Source: Eledone cirrhosa
Taxonomy: Eukaryota
DNA: 64,000 nucleotides
Direction of reading: 5' to 3'
Assembly (NCBI GenBank): GCA_964016885.1
Contig: OZ024759.1
Span: 19,716,001-19,780,000, forward strand
This document shows, piece after piece, positions 12,229-25,334 of this stretch. Under the pieces are notes generated by a model. That model did not search any database and was not told where the DNA came from. It saw nothing but the letters and a program-made list of their open reading frames with translations. Within the stretch, counting starts at the first letter, position 1. The number at the start of each line of letters is the position of its first letter. A program made the translations under genes and the position numbers.

Positions 12229-12560
12229 ATATATATCAATGATGTTAATAAATGGAAACTATATTTATAAAACCATATTTATTCTATTATATATATTTCA
12301 AAACTTTGGTACGCTCTCATCAGATAAAATACAAAGTTTGTTTTATAAATATTGACATATCCAGGAATGAGACCTTAACTATCCAGGTAAAACTTGAACC
12401 GTTAAGGTCTCATTCCTGGATATGTCAATATTTATAAAACAAACTTTGTATTTTATCTGATGAGAGCGTACCAAAGTTTTGGTACGCTTGAAATATATAT
12501 AATAGAATAAATATGGTTTCATAAATATAGTTTCCATTTATTAATATCATTGATATATAT
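12229..12560. repeat. inverted repeat, about 150-bp arms, 21-nt spacer (12380-12400); probable Penelope-like relic
   Basis: arms readable directly (..GAGACCTTAAC / GTTAAGGTCTC..); TA repeats at both ends; hammerhead in the right arm. Confidence 0.9.
12450..12508 (+). ncRNA. minimal type I hammerhead ribozyme
   Basis: ATTTTAT-CTGATGA-GAGCGTACCAA(agtt)TTGGTACGCTT-GAAA-TATATA-TA-ATAGAAT; 7-bp helix I, 11-bp helix II, palindromic helix III, AUA site after 12501. Confidence 0.85.
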
Positions 12561-12908
12561 TGGATGTGCAGTGTCAATGTGCGTGAACGACCCAGCATAA
12601 ATGTGTTGTGAGAGAAACTGTGTCTGAGAGGGATAGAATGTAGTGTACTGGAGAGGAGACTGAGGTGGTATGTGCATGGAGGATGACCGATGGGTGAAGA
12701 AGTGCCAGGAAATGCCAGTTGAAGGAAGACGTGGTAGAGGTAGACCATGAAAAACATGGGCAGAGGTGGTGAGAACAGACCTCAGATCATTGAAGCTCAC
12801 GGTGGAGATGACGAAGGACCGTGACGAGTGGAGAGATGCTGTGCTGAATAAGACCCGTCCCACCCTTGCAAGCAGGGAAAAGCGGACGTAAAATGATGAT
12901 GATGATTA
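12561..12908 (+). mobile_element. RTE-clade LINE 3' fragment, frameshifted
   Basis: same family as 36725-37110; ends CCCTTGCAAGCAGGGAAAAGCGGACGTAAAATGATGATG. Confidence 0.85.
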
Positions 12909-13000
12909 TTCTCCAGAAAACCTGTCAATTGCTTCGAATCTGTTATAAATATATATATTTGTTGAATTACCAACAAATTAAATATCCCTCTGCTTATATA

Positions 13001-13036
<36 letters not shown>

Positions 13037-13039
<3 letters not shown>

Positions 13040-13174
13040 TCTCATTTTTACAGCTGAGTAAACTGGAGCATAGTGAAATAAAGTGTCTTGCTCAAGGAAA
13101 CAACACATTACCCAGTCCGAGAATTGAACTCACAACCTTTCGATTGCAAGCCAATGCTCTAACCATTAAGCCAT
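13037..13174 (-). mobile_element. SINE family A 5' part
   Basis: A/B box head and CTTGAGCAAGACAC core on the minus strand. Confidence 0.75.
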
Positions 13175-13183
13175 ATATATATA

Positions 13184-13943
13184 CTAGCTAAACTACCCGT
13201 CCTTTCAAGTAGCTTTCGATGTAGCTCATTAAACTAAACAAAGTAAATTTGAATACATAAAAGAAAAACGTACTTTATGTAAACATGAGAACCTTAGGCA
13301 CTATTCCAGCGAAATAATTAATATTTGAGGTCGGTGTCATCTGTTATACCATGTAACAACAGAAATCCAGTCTAGGTATAAACTTTTTTTTGACAACAGT
13401 AAAAGCGCATCATGAAATAGAGAAGTGTAGTGAATAATAGACACTATTATGTGCAAAGCTTAATATTGTAAAAGTTATGACATCACTTAATGTATGAACA
13501 TCAAGCTTGAAATGATAAATTATACAATGTCAAATCTATAACTTAACTTAGTAATCTGTTAGAAATTGTGGCTGTGAAATATACAAAATGATATTGTTAG
13601 TCTCAAGGAAGGGTACCTTTTGTTTCAAGTACAAAGAGTAAATTAAAATCTGAATGAGCCGAATTCCGAAAGATAACTCTTGTCTTACTTAAAGATAACT
13701 CTTGTCTTACTTAATCACGAAAATTGACACAAATAACCGAAACTTTTTTAATGTCTCCAAAGGCCCCAATATCGATTTTTGAAAGCCTTTGTAGATCATG
13801 TACAGGTTTTGTACAAGGAGAAGCTCTGTAAAAAATTTCAAAGAAATCGCATGAATGGTTTAGAATATATGAGCCCTTATTAAAAATTGTCCACATACAC
13901 ATACACATATATACAGAAAATTTCGTCTTTATATATATACAGA
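13184..13943 (-). mobile_element. non-autonomous Helitron-like element
   Basis: minus strand starts A^TCTGTATATATATAAAG and ends ACGGGTAGTTTAGCTAG^T (5' TC, 3' CTAG, AT target); subterminal hairpin degraded. Confidence 0.6.
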
Positions 13944-14215
13944 TGTAGTCATATACAGATTCCAGTGTAGAACTAGCTGTTGAAAAGGTAAGAGCTCAGC
14001 CGTCGGGCTCCCTACTCTTTATAATATGTGTATGTATGTGTGTATGTCTATCTGTACACATCTTTCTATGCTTATTTGTATCTATCTATCTGTCTATATA
14101 TATGCCCATCTATTTATCTCTGTGTGTGTGTGTGTGTGTGTGTATGTAGGTGTGTGTGTATGTATGTATGTATGTATGTATGTGTATGTATGTATGTATG
14201 TATATGTATATGTAT

Positions 14216-14787
14216 CCCAGTACAACCTGACTTATGGTCGGGTCGTTGGCGACTAAACTGGCAACCCTACCAAGGTTTCTTGGTGAGGAGGGTGACTTTG
14301 GACATCCTGCAGGACTAAAAACAAAACCTGTCAAAGGGCAAAGGAGCTCTTAAGAGTCAATGGCCATCCAAAATCACTGGGAGAGATGACCTTTTAGCCT
14401 TTGTCAAGGCAGAATTCTAGGAGAAGGAAAACTCTGATATAACACCTGCAACCCTGATGGTATCCAATGATGTTGACTTGTTCTTCTTTTTGGTAAATAT
14501 CATCTTGGTTAAGAGAGTGGGACTGGCTTTGTGCAGTGCCTTTGCTCACTATAAAAGCTTCACGGCACAGGCATTGCTTTATATCTGGAGATCTCTCTGC
14601 ACTTGTCGTCACATGGTACCATGGGCCCAGCACTATGTGTCAATAATTGTCACAAGTGTAGTGTTTGTACCAGAGTTTTCAAGTCGCTGGCTGGACTAAA
14701 AAGCCACACTCATTCAGCGCATCGGTAGGGGTTCTCCTACATGGATATAAAGTAGTGGCCGTACTAGAAAACGAGTTGGCAGCCACC
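14216..14787. mobile_element. probable RTE-type 5' UTR fragments joined in opposite orientation near 14460
   Basis: GGAGAAGGAAAACTCTGA motif on +; the minus part ends in ..EEQVNIIG, resembling the start of an AP endonuclease; HDV-like fold at the right end. Confidence 0.4.
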
Positions 14788-14879
14788 ATATGTATATGTA
14801 TGTATATGTGTTCCTATGTCCTATCACCATCTACACACTGTCAATTTATCCTGTCAACATCTATACAGTGTCTATTATC

Positions 14880-17000
14880 TAGTAGTGGTAATGGTGGTAG
14901 TGTGTTGGTAGTGTGTTGGTGGTGGTGGTGTAGTGGTAGTGTGTTGCTGTCATGTGGTGGTAGTGTGGTGGTAGTAGTGTGTTGCTGTCATGCGGTGGTG
15001 GTGGTGTGGTGGTGGTGTGGTGGTAGTGTGTTGCTGTCGTGTTGTGATGGTGTGGTGGTGGTGTTTTGTGGTGGTTGTGTGTTAGTGTGGTGGTGTGGTG
15101 GTGTGGTGGTAAGTATTCTGCAATACAAGATGATGGATGGTAGCATCAAATGTTCAAACTACAACACCAACACCAACACCAAATACACAAGCATCACTAA
15201 TAGCAACAATACCACCACCATCACTAACGGCACCACAAACACAAGCACAACCACCACCAATACTACGACCGCCACTACAACCACCACCAATGCCATGACC
15301 ACCACGACAACTACCACCAATACTATGATGACCACTACAACCACCACCACTACTACCACCACCACTACCATCACCACCAATACACAAACACAACCACCAC
15401 CATAACCACAGCCACCACCACAACAACCACCACCATCACCACAATTACCATCACCACCACCACCCCCACCACAACCACCACCATAACCACCACCACCACC
15501 ATCACTAACAACACCACTACCGCAAACACCACCAACACCACTACCATCACCACAACCACAACCACCATCACTAACGATAACACCAATACTACCACCACCA
15601 CTACAACCAATACAACCACCACCACTACAATCACCATCACCACAACCACCACTACAACCACCACCAACACTACAACCACCACCATCACCACAACCACAAC
15701 CACAACCACCACCATCACCACAACCACCACCATCACCACAACCACCACCATCACCACAACCACCACCATCACCACAACCACCACCATCACCACAACCACC
15801 ACCACCACCACAACCACCACCATCACCATAACCACCACTACAACCACTATCACCAAAACCACCACAACCACCACCACAACCACCACCATCACCACCACCG
15901 CCACAACAACCATCACCACCACCACCAAAAACACCACCACCACAGCCACCACTACAACCACCACCATCACAACAACCACAACCACCACCACCAAAAACAC
16001 CACCACCACAACCATCACTACAACCACCATCACAACAACAACAACCACCACCAACACCACAACCACCACCACCACTACAACCACCACCAACACCACTAAC
16101 ACCACCACCACAGCCACCACTACAACCACCACCACCATAACAACAACCACCACCACCACCACCAAAAACACCACCAACACCACAACCACTACAACCACCA
16201 CCATCACAACAACAACAACCACCACCAACACAACAACCATCACCACCACCACCAAAACCACCACCACCACAACCACCACCAACACCACTAACACCACCAA
16301 CACCACAACCACAACCACCACCACCACCAACACCACTAACACCACCAACACCACCACCACCACCACCAACACCACCACAACCACTACAACCACCACCACC
16401 ACCACCACCAATACCTCTAACACCACCAACACAACAACCATCACCACCACCACCAAAACCACCACCACCACAACCACCACCAACACCACTAACACCACCA
16501 ACACCAACACCACAACCACAACCACCACCACCACCAACACCACTAACACCGCCAACACCACCACCACCACCACCAAAACACCACCACCACAGCCACCACT
16601 ACAACCACCACCACCATCACAACAACAACAACAACCACCACAACAACCACCACCACCAACACCACAACCACCACCACCACCAAAAACACCACCACCACAG
16701 CCACCACTACAACCACCACCACCATAACAACCACCACAACAACCACCACCACCAACACCACAACCACCACAACCACAACCACCACCAACACCACAACCAC
16801 CACCACCAACACCACAACCACCACCACCACAACCACCACAACCACCACCACCATCACAACAACAACAACAACCACCACAACAACCACCACCACCAACACC
16901 ACAACCACCACAACCACAACCACCAGCAACACCACAACCACCACCACCAACACCACAACCACCACCACCACCACCACCAAAAACACCACCGCCATCATCC
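14880..17000. repeat. degenerate (GGT)n then (ACC/ACA)n field
   Basis: visible directly. Confidence 0.95.
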
Positions 17001-17304
17001 TACTGTCACACCTGATAACGAGCTGCAAGTGTAATGTGCATTATTTAATCTGCAGTGCACGCCATCAACGATAGCCGACTGCACCACTGACCAAACAGCA
17101 CCTTGCAGCTATACTGCAGTAGGATGCACTTAATGTATAAAGTGCAACTGTCAGTTTTACAGCGCACAGCTGTGGAGTAACTCAACATTAGAAGGACGTG
17201 CATGAACTCACATCTGGAGGCTTTTGATGCATGCATCTGTAACTGTGTATACATATGTATGTGTATATATATGTGTATATATATATATATATGTATGTGT
17301 ATGT

Positions 17305-17349
<45 letters not shown>

Positions 17350-17397
17350 TATGTTTCTATATGTATGTGTGTGTATGTGTATATGTATGTGTGTGTA

Positions 17398-17443
<46 letters not shown>

Positions 17444-17640
17444 TCTATATGTATGTGTGTGTGTATGTGTATATGTATGTGTGTGTATATATGTATATAT
17501 ATATATATATATATATGTGTATATGTGTATATATGTGTGTATATATGTGTGTGTGTATATATATATATATATATGTATATACATATATGTATATATATAT
17601 ATATATATAAATGAAAGGTATAGAAAACATTGTAGCAAAA

Positions 17641-17710
<70 letters not shown>

Positions 17711-17964
17711 GTATGTATATATATATACATATGTATGTATATATATATACATATATATACATATGTTTGTGATTTGTTTAAAATTTACATACAATACATT
17801 TCCTTTATCAGTCATGTTAATACAAACATCAACAATAAGTTGTTTGTGTTTGTATATATATATATATATTTATATACATATATAAATATATATACATATA
17901 TAAATATATATACATATATATACATGTATACATATATAAATATACATATATAAATATATATACA

Positions 17965-17997
<33 letters not shown>

Positions 17998-18319
17998 TTA
18001 TATTTATATATGTATATATATATTTATATATGTATATATATTTATATATATGTATATATATTTATATATATATATGTATATATATTTATATATGTATATA
18101 TATTTATATATGTATGTATATACATATAGATATGTATATTCATTTATATATGTATATATATATATATATATATTTATATATACACACACAAACACATTAT
18201 ATTATTGTCGATGTTTGTAGTAACATGACTGAGACGGGAAATGCATACTGTATATAAATATATCATCATCATCATCATCATCATCATTTTACATTTGCTT
18301 TTCCCTTCTTATGTATGTA

Positions 18320-19210
18320 TGTAAAAGGTAAACAGAACTAACAACACAATCAGTACAGTATATGGAAGGAATATATTAGGTTGACGCTTGAAATAGCAGG
18401 AAGAGGGTGTTAACGTTTCGGATGCTAGTCCTTCATCAGAAGAAAGAATGAGAAATTAGCAAGATTGAAGGGAGGGGCAGGGTGGATTCGGAAATGTTTT
18501 TAGATAAAAATAACAGGTCCATTAATTTTTTCTACTTTTGGCACAAGGCCAGCAATTACCCAGTACATTACTGGTACTTTATTTTATCGACCCCGTAAGG
18601 ATGAAAGGCAAAGCTAACCTCGGCGGGATTTGAACTCAGACCATAACAGGTCCATTAATGTTACCATCTCTTGGAAAACTGTCGATGCTGGCATTTTGTG
18701 TATGATATACTTTTTTAGAAAAGTCTACCTGATATGTAAAAAAAAAACGTTTTGTATAAAGAGTTGTACGTGTGTGCGTACATATGCGTGTGTGTGTGTG
18801 TGTATTGTTATATGTCTGTATGAAGCTAAGAGGATATGTGTGTGTATATGCCTGTAAGTAAAAGTGTGTGCATGTGCTTGTAAGTACGAAGCTGTGAGGA
18901 AAAGTATGTTAATATAAGAGAGAGTTTGTGTGTGTATGTGTGTGTATACAGAGCTGTGAAGGGAAAAGCAATGGTGTGTGGGCATATTTTGTTGGTCTTC
19001 ATCAGCTGTTAGAGTATCTGTTTCTGACCATTAGAGGACCATAGGAATCTAGGGGTGAATGTACAAGCGCGTATGTGATAACGGAGGGGGTGAACTTGAC
19101 GGGGGGTAAAGGGTAGAGGAGAAAACACAAACGTATGTGTGTAATATTAAAGAAATCGGGGAGCGGAGTTGAGTCTCTGAGGGAAACAGGACCTAAATTG
19201 GTAAATTAGA
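18320..19210 (-). mobile_element. probable Penelope-like pseudo-LTR fragment with a decayed hammerhead (18408-18443); second copy at 37113-37320
   Basis: minus strand TCTT-CTGATGA-A-GGA(ctagca)TCC-GAAA-CG-TT-AACA; about 200 bp shared with the 37-kb copy; extent beyond about 18700 uncertain. Confidence 0.6.
18527..18642 (-). mobile_element. 5'-truncated SINE family B
   Basis: 17-bp TSD ATAACAGGTCCATTAAT at 18510-18526 and 18643-18659. Confidence 0.9.
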
Positions 19211-19239
19211 CTATATATATATATTTATATATATATATA

Positions 19240-19418
19240 TTTTCTATTCTCGGGCGGGTAAAATTCCCAAGATCCATGGACGAGTTCTCTCCAGCGGTCT
19301 CTGTCCCTCATTATTGCTGCCATGTCCTGCGTCTCCAACAGACCAGTGGCTGTCCTTAGGGCATCAACATACGTTAACCTTGTTCCTCTTCCAGTGTGTC
19401 CATGTAGGGGGTCCACAA
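19240..19418 (-). mobile_element. RTE-group LINE extreme 3' coding fragment
   Basis: PLHGHTGRGTRLTYVDALRTATGL..MRDRDRWRELV. Confidence 0.7.
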
Positions 19419-19445
19419 ATATATATATATATATATATTTGTATA

Positions 19446-19643
19446 TCATCATCATCGTTTAACGTCCATGTTCCAAGCTTGCATGGGTTTGGACGGGAGT
19501 TTTCCCACTCGAGGCAAGAGTGGTTGTCTTGCTCGCATAGGACTGTCTGGCGGGTTTTCTACAGCTGGATGCCCTTCCTAACACCAACCACATTTACAGT
19601 GTGGGGCTGGGAGGTTTTTACTGTGTTGCCTACACGGCCACAT
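19446..19643 (-). mobile_element. SINE 3' part with RTE-like tail
   Basis: GGATGCCCTTCCTAACACCAACC motif; homologous to the right end of the 100-bp array and to 22855-23006. Confidence 0.75.
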
Positions 19644-20050
19644 TATATATTTATATGTATATATATATTTATTTATTCATATATGTATATATATATTTAT
19701 TCATATATTTATATGTATAATTTGATTGTTTTATATTCTGTATTTCTGCTCTGTAACACATCTAATAATTTACATTGAGCTAATTCTCTTACTGGTAATT
19801 GGGTAATACAATATATTACCCTTTGGTATTTATAATTGTATGTAGATTATATATATAAGTATAAACACTTTGCCTTTCATCCTTATAGGGTTGATAAAAT
19901 AAAGTACCAGTAATGTACTGGTGAATTGCTGGCCTTGTGCCAAAAATAGAAACAATTATTATTAATATGTATATGTATACACCACCCTCTCTCTGTAAAG
20001 TTGGTACCACAACATCCAGTCCAAATAAATGAGATAATGAGATCGAGATC

Positions 20051-22854
20051 GTGTAGGTGTCACGACAAAAAAACACACAGTCCACGCTGTAATGTGGCCG
20101 TGTAGGTAACACGGTAAAAAAATCTCAGTTCCAAACTGTAAATGTGGTTGGTGTAGGTGTCACGACAAAAAAACACACAGTCCACGCTGTAATGTGGCCG
20201 TGTAGGTAACACGGTAAAAAAATCTCAGTTCCAAACTGTAAATGTGGTTGGTGTAGGTGTCACGACAAAAAAACACACAGTCCACGCTGTAATGTGGCCG
20301 TGTAGGTAACACGGTAAAAAAATCTCAGTTCCACACTGTAAATGTGGTTGGTGTAGGTGTCACGACAGAAAAACACACAGTCCACGCTGTAATGTGGCCG
20401 TGTAGGTAACACGGTAAAAAAATCTCAGTTCCACACTGTAAATGTGGTTGGTGTAGGTGTCACGACAAAAAAACACACAGTCCACGCTGTAATGTGGCCG
20501 TGTAGGTAACACGGTAAAAAGATCCCAGTTCCACACTGTAAATGTGGTTGGTGTAGGTGTCACGACAAAAAAACACACAGTCCACGCTGTAATGTGGCCG
20601 TGTAGGTAACACGGTAAAAAGATCCCAGTTCCACACTGTAAATGTGGTTGGTGTAGGTGTCACGACAAAAAAACACACAGTCCACGCTGTAATGTGGCCG
20701 TGTAGGTAACACGGTAAAAAAATCTCAGTTCCACACTGTAAATGTGGTTGGTGTAGGTGTCACGACAAAAAAACACACAGTCCACGCTGTAATGTGGCCG
20801 TGTAGGTAACACGGTAAAAAAATCTCAGTTCCACACTGTAAATGTGGTTGGTGTAGGTGTCACGACAAAAAAACACACAGTCCACGCTGTAATGTGGCCG
20901 TGTAGGTAACACGGTAAAAAGATCTCAGTTCCACACTGTAAATGTGGTTGGTGTAGGTGTCACGACAAAAAAACACACAGTCCACGCTGTAATGTGGCCG
21001 TGTAGGTAACACGGTAAAAAGATCTCAGTTCCACACTGTAAATGTGGTTGGTGTAGGTGTCACGACAAAAAAAACACACAGTCCACGCTGTAATGTGGCC
21101 GTGTAGGTAACACGGTAAAAAGATCCCAGTTCCACACTGTAAATGTGGTTGGTGTAGGTGTCACGACAAAAAAACACACAGTCCACGCTGTAATGTGGCC
21201 GTGTAGGTAACACGGTAAAAAGATCCCAGTTCCACACTGTAAATGTGGTTGGTGTAGGTGTCACGACAAAAAAACACACAGTCCACGCTGTAATGTGGCC
21301 GTGTAGGTAACACGGTAAAAAGATCCCAGTTCCACACTGTAAATGTGGTTGGTGTAGGTGTCACGACAAAAAAACACACAGTCCACGCTGTAATGTGGCC
21401 GTGTAGGTAACACGGTAAAAAGATCCCAGTTCCACACTGTATATGTGGTTGGTGTAGGTGTCACGACAAAAAAACACACAGTCCACGCTGTAATGTGGCC
21501 GTGTAGGTAACACGGTAAAAAGATCCCAGTTCCACACTGTAAATGTGGTTGGTGTAGGTGTCACGACAAAAAAACACACAGTCCACGCTGTAATGTGGCC
21601 GTGTAGGTAACACGGTAAAAAGATCCCAGTTCCACACTGTAAATGTGGTTGGTGTAGGTGTCATGACAAAAAAACACACAGTCCACGCTGTAATGTGGCC
21701 GTGTAGGTAACACGGTAAAAAGATCCCAGTTCCACACTGTAAATGTGGTTGGTGTAGGTGTCACGACAAAAAAACACACAGTCCACGCTGTAATGTGGCC
21801 GTGTAGGTAACACGGTAAAAAGATCCCAGTTCCACACTGTAAATGTGGTTGGTGTAGGTGTCATGACAAAAAAACACACAGTCCACGCTGTAATGTGGCC
21901 GTGTAGGTAACACGGTAAAAAGATCTCAGTTCCACACTGTAAATGTGGTTGGTGTAGGTGTCACGACAAAAAAACACACAGTCCACGCTGTAATGTGGCC
22001 GTGTAGGTAACACGGTAAAAAGATCTCAGTTCCACACTGTAAATGTGGTTGGTGTAGGTGTCACGACAAAAAAACACACAGTCCACGCTGTAATGTGGCC
22101 GTGTAGGTAACACGGTAAAAAGATCTCAGTTCCACACTGTAAATGTGGTTGGTGTAGGTGTCACGACAAAAAAACACACAGTCCACGCTGTAATGTGGCC
22201 GTGTAGGTAACACGGTAAAAAGATCCCAGTTCCACACTGTAAATGTGGTTGGTGTAGGTGTCACGACAAAAAAACACACAGTCCACGCTGTAATGTGGCC
22301 GTGTAGGTAACACGGTAAAAAGATCCCAGTTCCACACTGTAAATGTGGTTGGTGTAGGTGTCACGACAAAAAAACACACAGTCCACACTGTAATGTGGCC
22401 GTGTAGGTAACACGGTAAAAAGATCCCAGTTCCACACTGTAAATGTGGTTGGTGTAGGTGTCACGACAAAAAAACACACAGTCCACGCTGTAATGTGGCC
22501 GTGTAGGTAACACGGTAAAAAGATCCCAGTTCCACACTGTAAATGTGGTTGGTGTAGGTGTCACGACAAAAAAACACACAGTCCACGCTGTAATGTGGCC
22601 GTGTAGGTAACACGGTAAAAAGATCCCAGTTCCACACTGTAAATGTGGTTGGTGTAGGTGTCACGACAAAAAAACACACAGTCCACACTGTAATGTGGCC
22701 GTGTAGGTAACACGGTAAAAAGATCCCAGTTCCACACTGTAAATGTGGTTGGTGTAGGTGTCACGACAAAAAAACACACAGTCCACGCTGTAATGTGGCC
22801 GTGTAGGTAACACGGTAAAAAGATCCCAGTTCCACACTGTATATGTGGTTGGTG
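20051..22854 (+). repeat. 100-bp minisatellite, about 28 copies, dimer of two related ~50-bp SINE modules
   Basis: GTGTAGGTGTCACGAC recurs every 100 bp; runs directly into the SINE 3' end (GGTGTTAGGAAGGGCATCC ... GGACGTTAAACGAAGATGATG, to 23006). Confidence 0.95.
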
Positions 22855-23004
22855 TTAGGAAGGGCATCCAGCCATAGAAAACCTGCCAGACAGTCCTATA
22901 TGAGCGAGACACGGTCACCCGACCAACCTTGCTTCAAGTGAGACAACTCCCGTCTAACCCAAGCTAGCGTGGAAGATGGACGTTAAACGAAGATGATGAT
23001 GATG

Positions 23005-23046
<42 letters not shown>

Positions 23047-23050
<4 letters not shown>

Positions 23051-23268
23051 AGTCGATCGACTTTCATAAAATCGAACCGTGGAAACAATGTTTCCGTTGG
23101 TCTTTCCAGTTGCTAATACTATCTATCGGTCACAACCCCAGGTAGAAGGAGCAACGGGAAATAAAGTGTCTTGCTCAAGGACATAACGCATCGCTCGGTC
23201 CGGGAATCGAACTCACAACCTCATGATTATGAATCCAATTCTCTAACCACTCAGTCACATGCCTTCAC
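23047..23268 (-). mobile_element. tRNA-headed CORE-like SINE (family C); second copy at 41235-41457
   Basis: minus strand GAGTGGTTAGAG..GAGTTCGATTCCCGG..TCCTTGAGCAAGACAC. Confidence 0.75.
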
Positions 23269-23893
23269 TCGTGTATATATGTATATATATATATCTTTTC
23301 CATGCTGCCTGTCTGTTTCGTTCCTTGTATCTCTACCACTTCTAGCAGTCTCCTCTCTGTTACCCTCTCCTCAACTTTCACTCACTCATTCTCTGTCACT
23401 ACCTCTCCTCCTCCTCCTCTTTCCTCCTCCTCCTTCAAGTTTGACCTGTGTGTAATTCTTTTCTCGCGCAGTCTTGACCGAGCTGGTATGGAATTTTTTT
23501 CTCTCTCTCTTTCGTCTGCGACTTCACAAAACTTGCGTTTACCGAATTCGTAGACCAGTTTTCTTTCTCTCTCTCTCTCTCTCTCTCTTTTTTCCCCCCC
23601 CGTCAAACTTGGGCGAAATTCTTTCCTTGCTCACATTTCTACCAGGTTCGATGGTCTTTCGTCTCTTGTTCACGATTTCACAGAGTTTATATTCATAGAG
23701 ATCTGGGACTTGTCTATTTCTACTCACTTTCCGTTGCTTAAACCCTTTTGTTGTTACTCTAGCGTCCCCCTTTATTTACGTGTCCCAACGACTTTTTTTA
23801 GCCGTTGTTCGCACCAACCTGAGGCATATGGCCCTTAAAGCGATGAAATGCCGAGGACGGTTGGAGGGTCACTGATGAAGGACTCACTTTTTC

Positions 23894-23959
<66 letters not shown>

Positions 23960-24020
23960 TTTCATTCTGATGATTGAAAGCAAAATTTTTTTGCTTTTAA
24001 GAAACCACTGGTAAATGAAA
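23960..24020 (+). ncRNA. minimal type I hammerhead ribozyme in a (TA)n-flanked island (23951-24118)
   Basis: TTTCATT-CTGATGA-TTGAAAGCAAAA(ttt)TTTTGCTTTTAA-GAAA-CCAcTGG-TA-AATGAAA; 7-bp helix I, 12-bp helix II, GUA site after 24013. Confidence 0.85.
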
Positions 24021-24117
24021 TAATTGCCTTATGTTGTTTATTACATAACTATTAAGCTCTGTGACCTACATAGAGCACTCTTTTTTCCTGGACTTTTCCG
24101 ACGGAATTACTTCATTT

Positions 24118-24172
<55 letters not shown>

Positions 24173-24200
24173 CACATACACACACACACACATTATATTA

Positions 24201-24393
24201 TGTGGATTGGCAGTATCGGTAGATAGTCGGACGCCATGCTTTGACGCATAGATTTACGGTCGTTGCCATTCTGAGTTCAAAACTCGCCGAGGTTAACTTT
24301 GCCTGTCATCCTTACGGGGTCGATAAAATAAAGTACCAGTAATGCACTGGGTAATTGCTGGCCTTGTGCCAAAAGTAGAAACAATTATTATTA
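24201..24393 (+). mobile_element. SINE family B
   Basis: matches the other copies; (ATT)n tail. Confidence 0.85.
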
Positions 24394-24552
24394 TATGTCT
24401 TAGATGAACACAATAGTACGGAGAGTACAAATGAGGCATATACAGCAATCTTAGTCTCCAATTAAATTTGATGTTGTGACAAAACTTTAATTATTTTTCC
24501 TTTCCTTGTTAATATATAGGCCATTATATAAAATCACATAAGAAGATTTTAA

Positions 24553-25208
24553 TATAGATAAGACCACCCGTGACCCGTTGGGTCACGTTCACTTAAAAAT
24601 ATTTTTATAAAATCATGTTCACTTAAAAATAATATTTAGATAATTAAAATATACACAGACATGTATATAATGTGAAATGAAACTGGAAGGCCCATATATA
24701 TACGTAAATGTGTGTGTTTAGATGTATATATAAAAATAAGTGGAATAAGTAATCATCAAACAATCTTTTAAATAAATAAAAAAACGATTTAAATATTCAC
24801 CTGTTCTATTGCCGTTACCAACGGTTTCACTAATCAAAAGATATGAAATTCAAAGAATTTCCAATGGAAAGAATTAGATCTTCAGACACCTATTTCCGTA
24901 CTATAAGGGTATAAAGCCTCACAGTAAGATAATATATCGCTTCCTGCCCGTTGTATGGGGTCAGGCCGTTAAAATGACCCACACACACAAATAGGCCATA
25001 AGTAAAAGCGGGATATTATAAACTTGTTGATCATGCCGCTAAAAATAGCAGCGCGATACAACGTTTTGTTCTCTACATAAGGAGAATAATTATAAAAGGG
25101 TATGGATATTTCAACAGGCACTAGGTACCTATAGAAATATGCATGGTGTTTATAATAGTTGTGGTTCGATGGTACTAATTATATATATATATGTATGTGT
25201 GTGAGTGC

Positions 25209-25260
<52 letters not shown>

Positions 25261-25302
25261 GTGGGTGTCTGTGATCTATATACACTGGTCATAAACACAC
25301 AC

Positions 25303-25334
<32 letters not shown>

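Noticed and set aside
20051-22854. CRISPR-like regularity and repeated 72-aa ORFs
   Set aside because: No unique spacers, no cas genes, animal context; the unit is SINE-derived and 100 bp is not a multiple of 3
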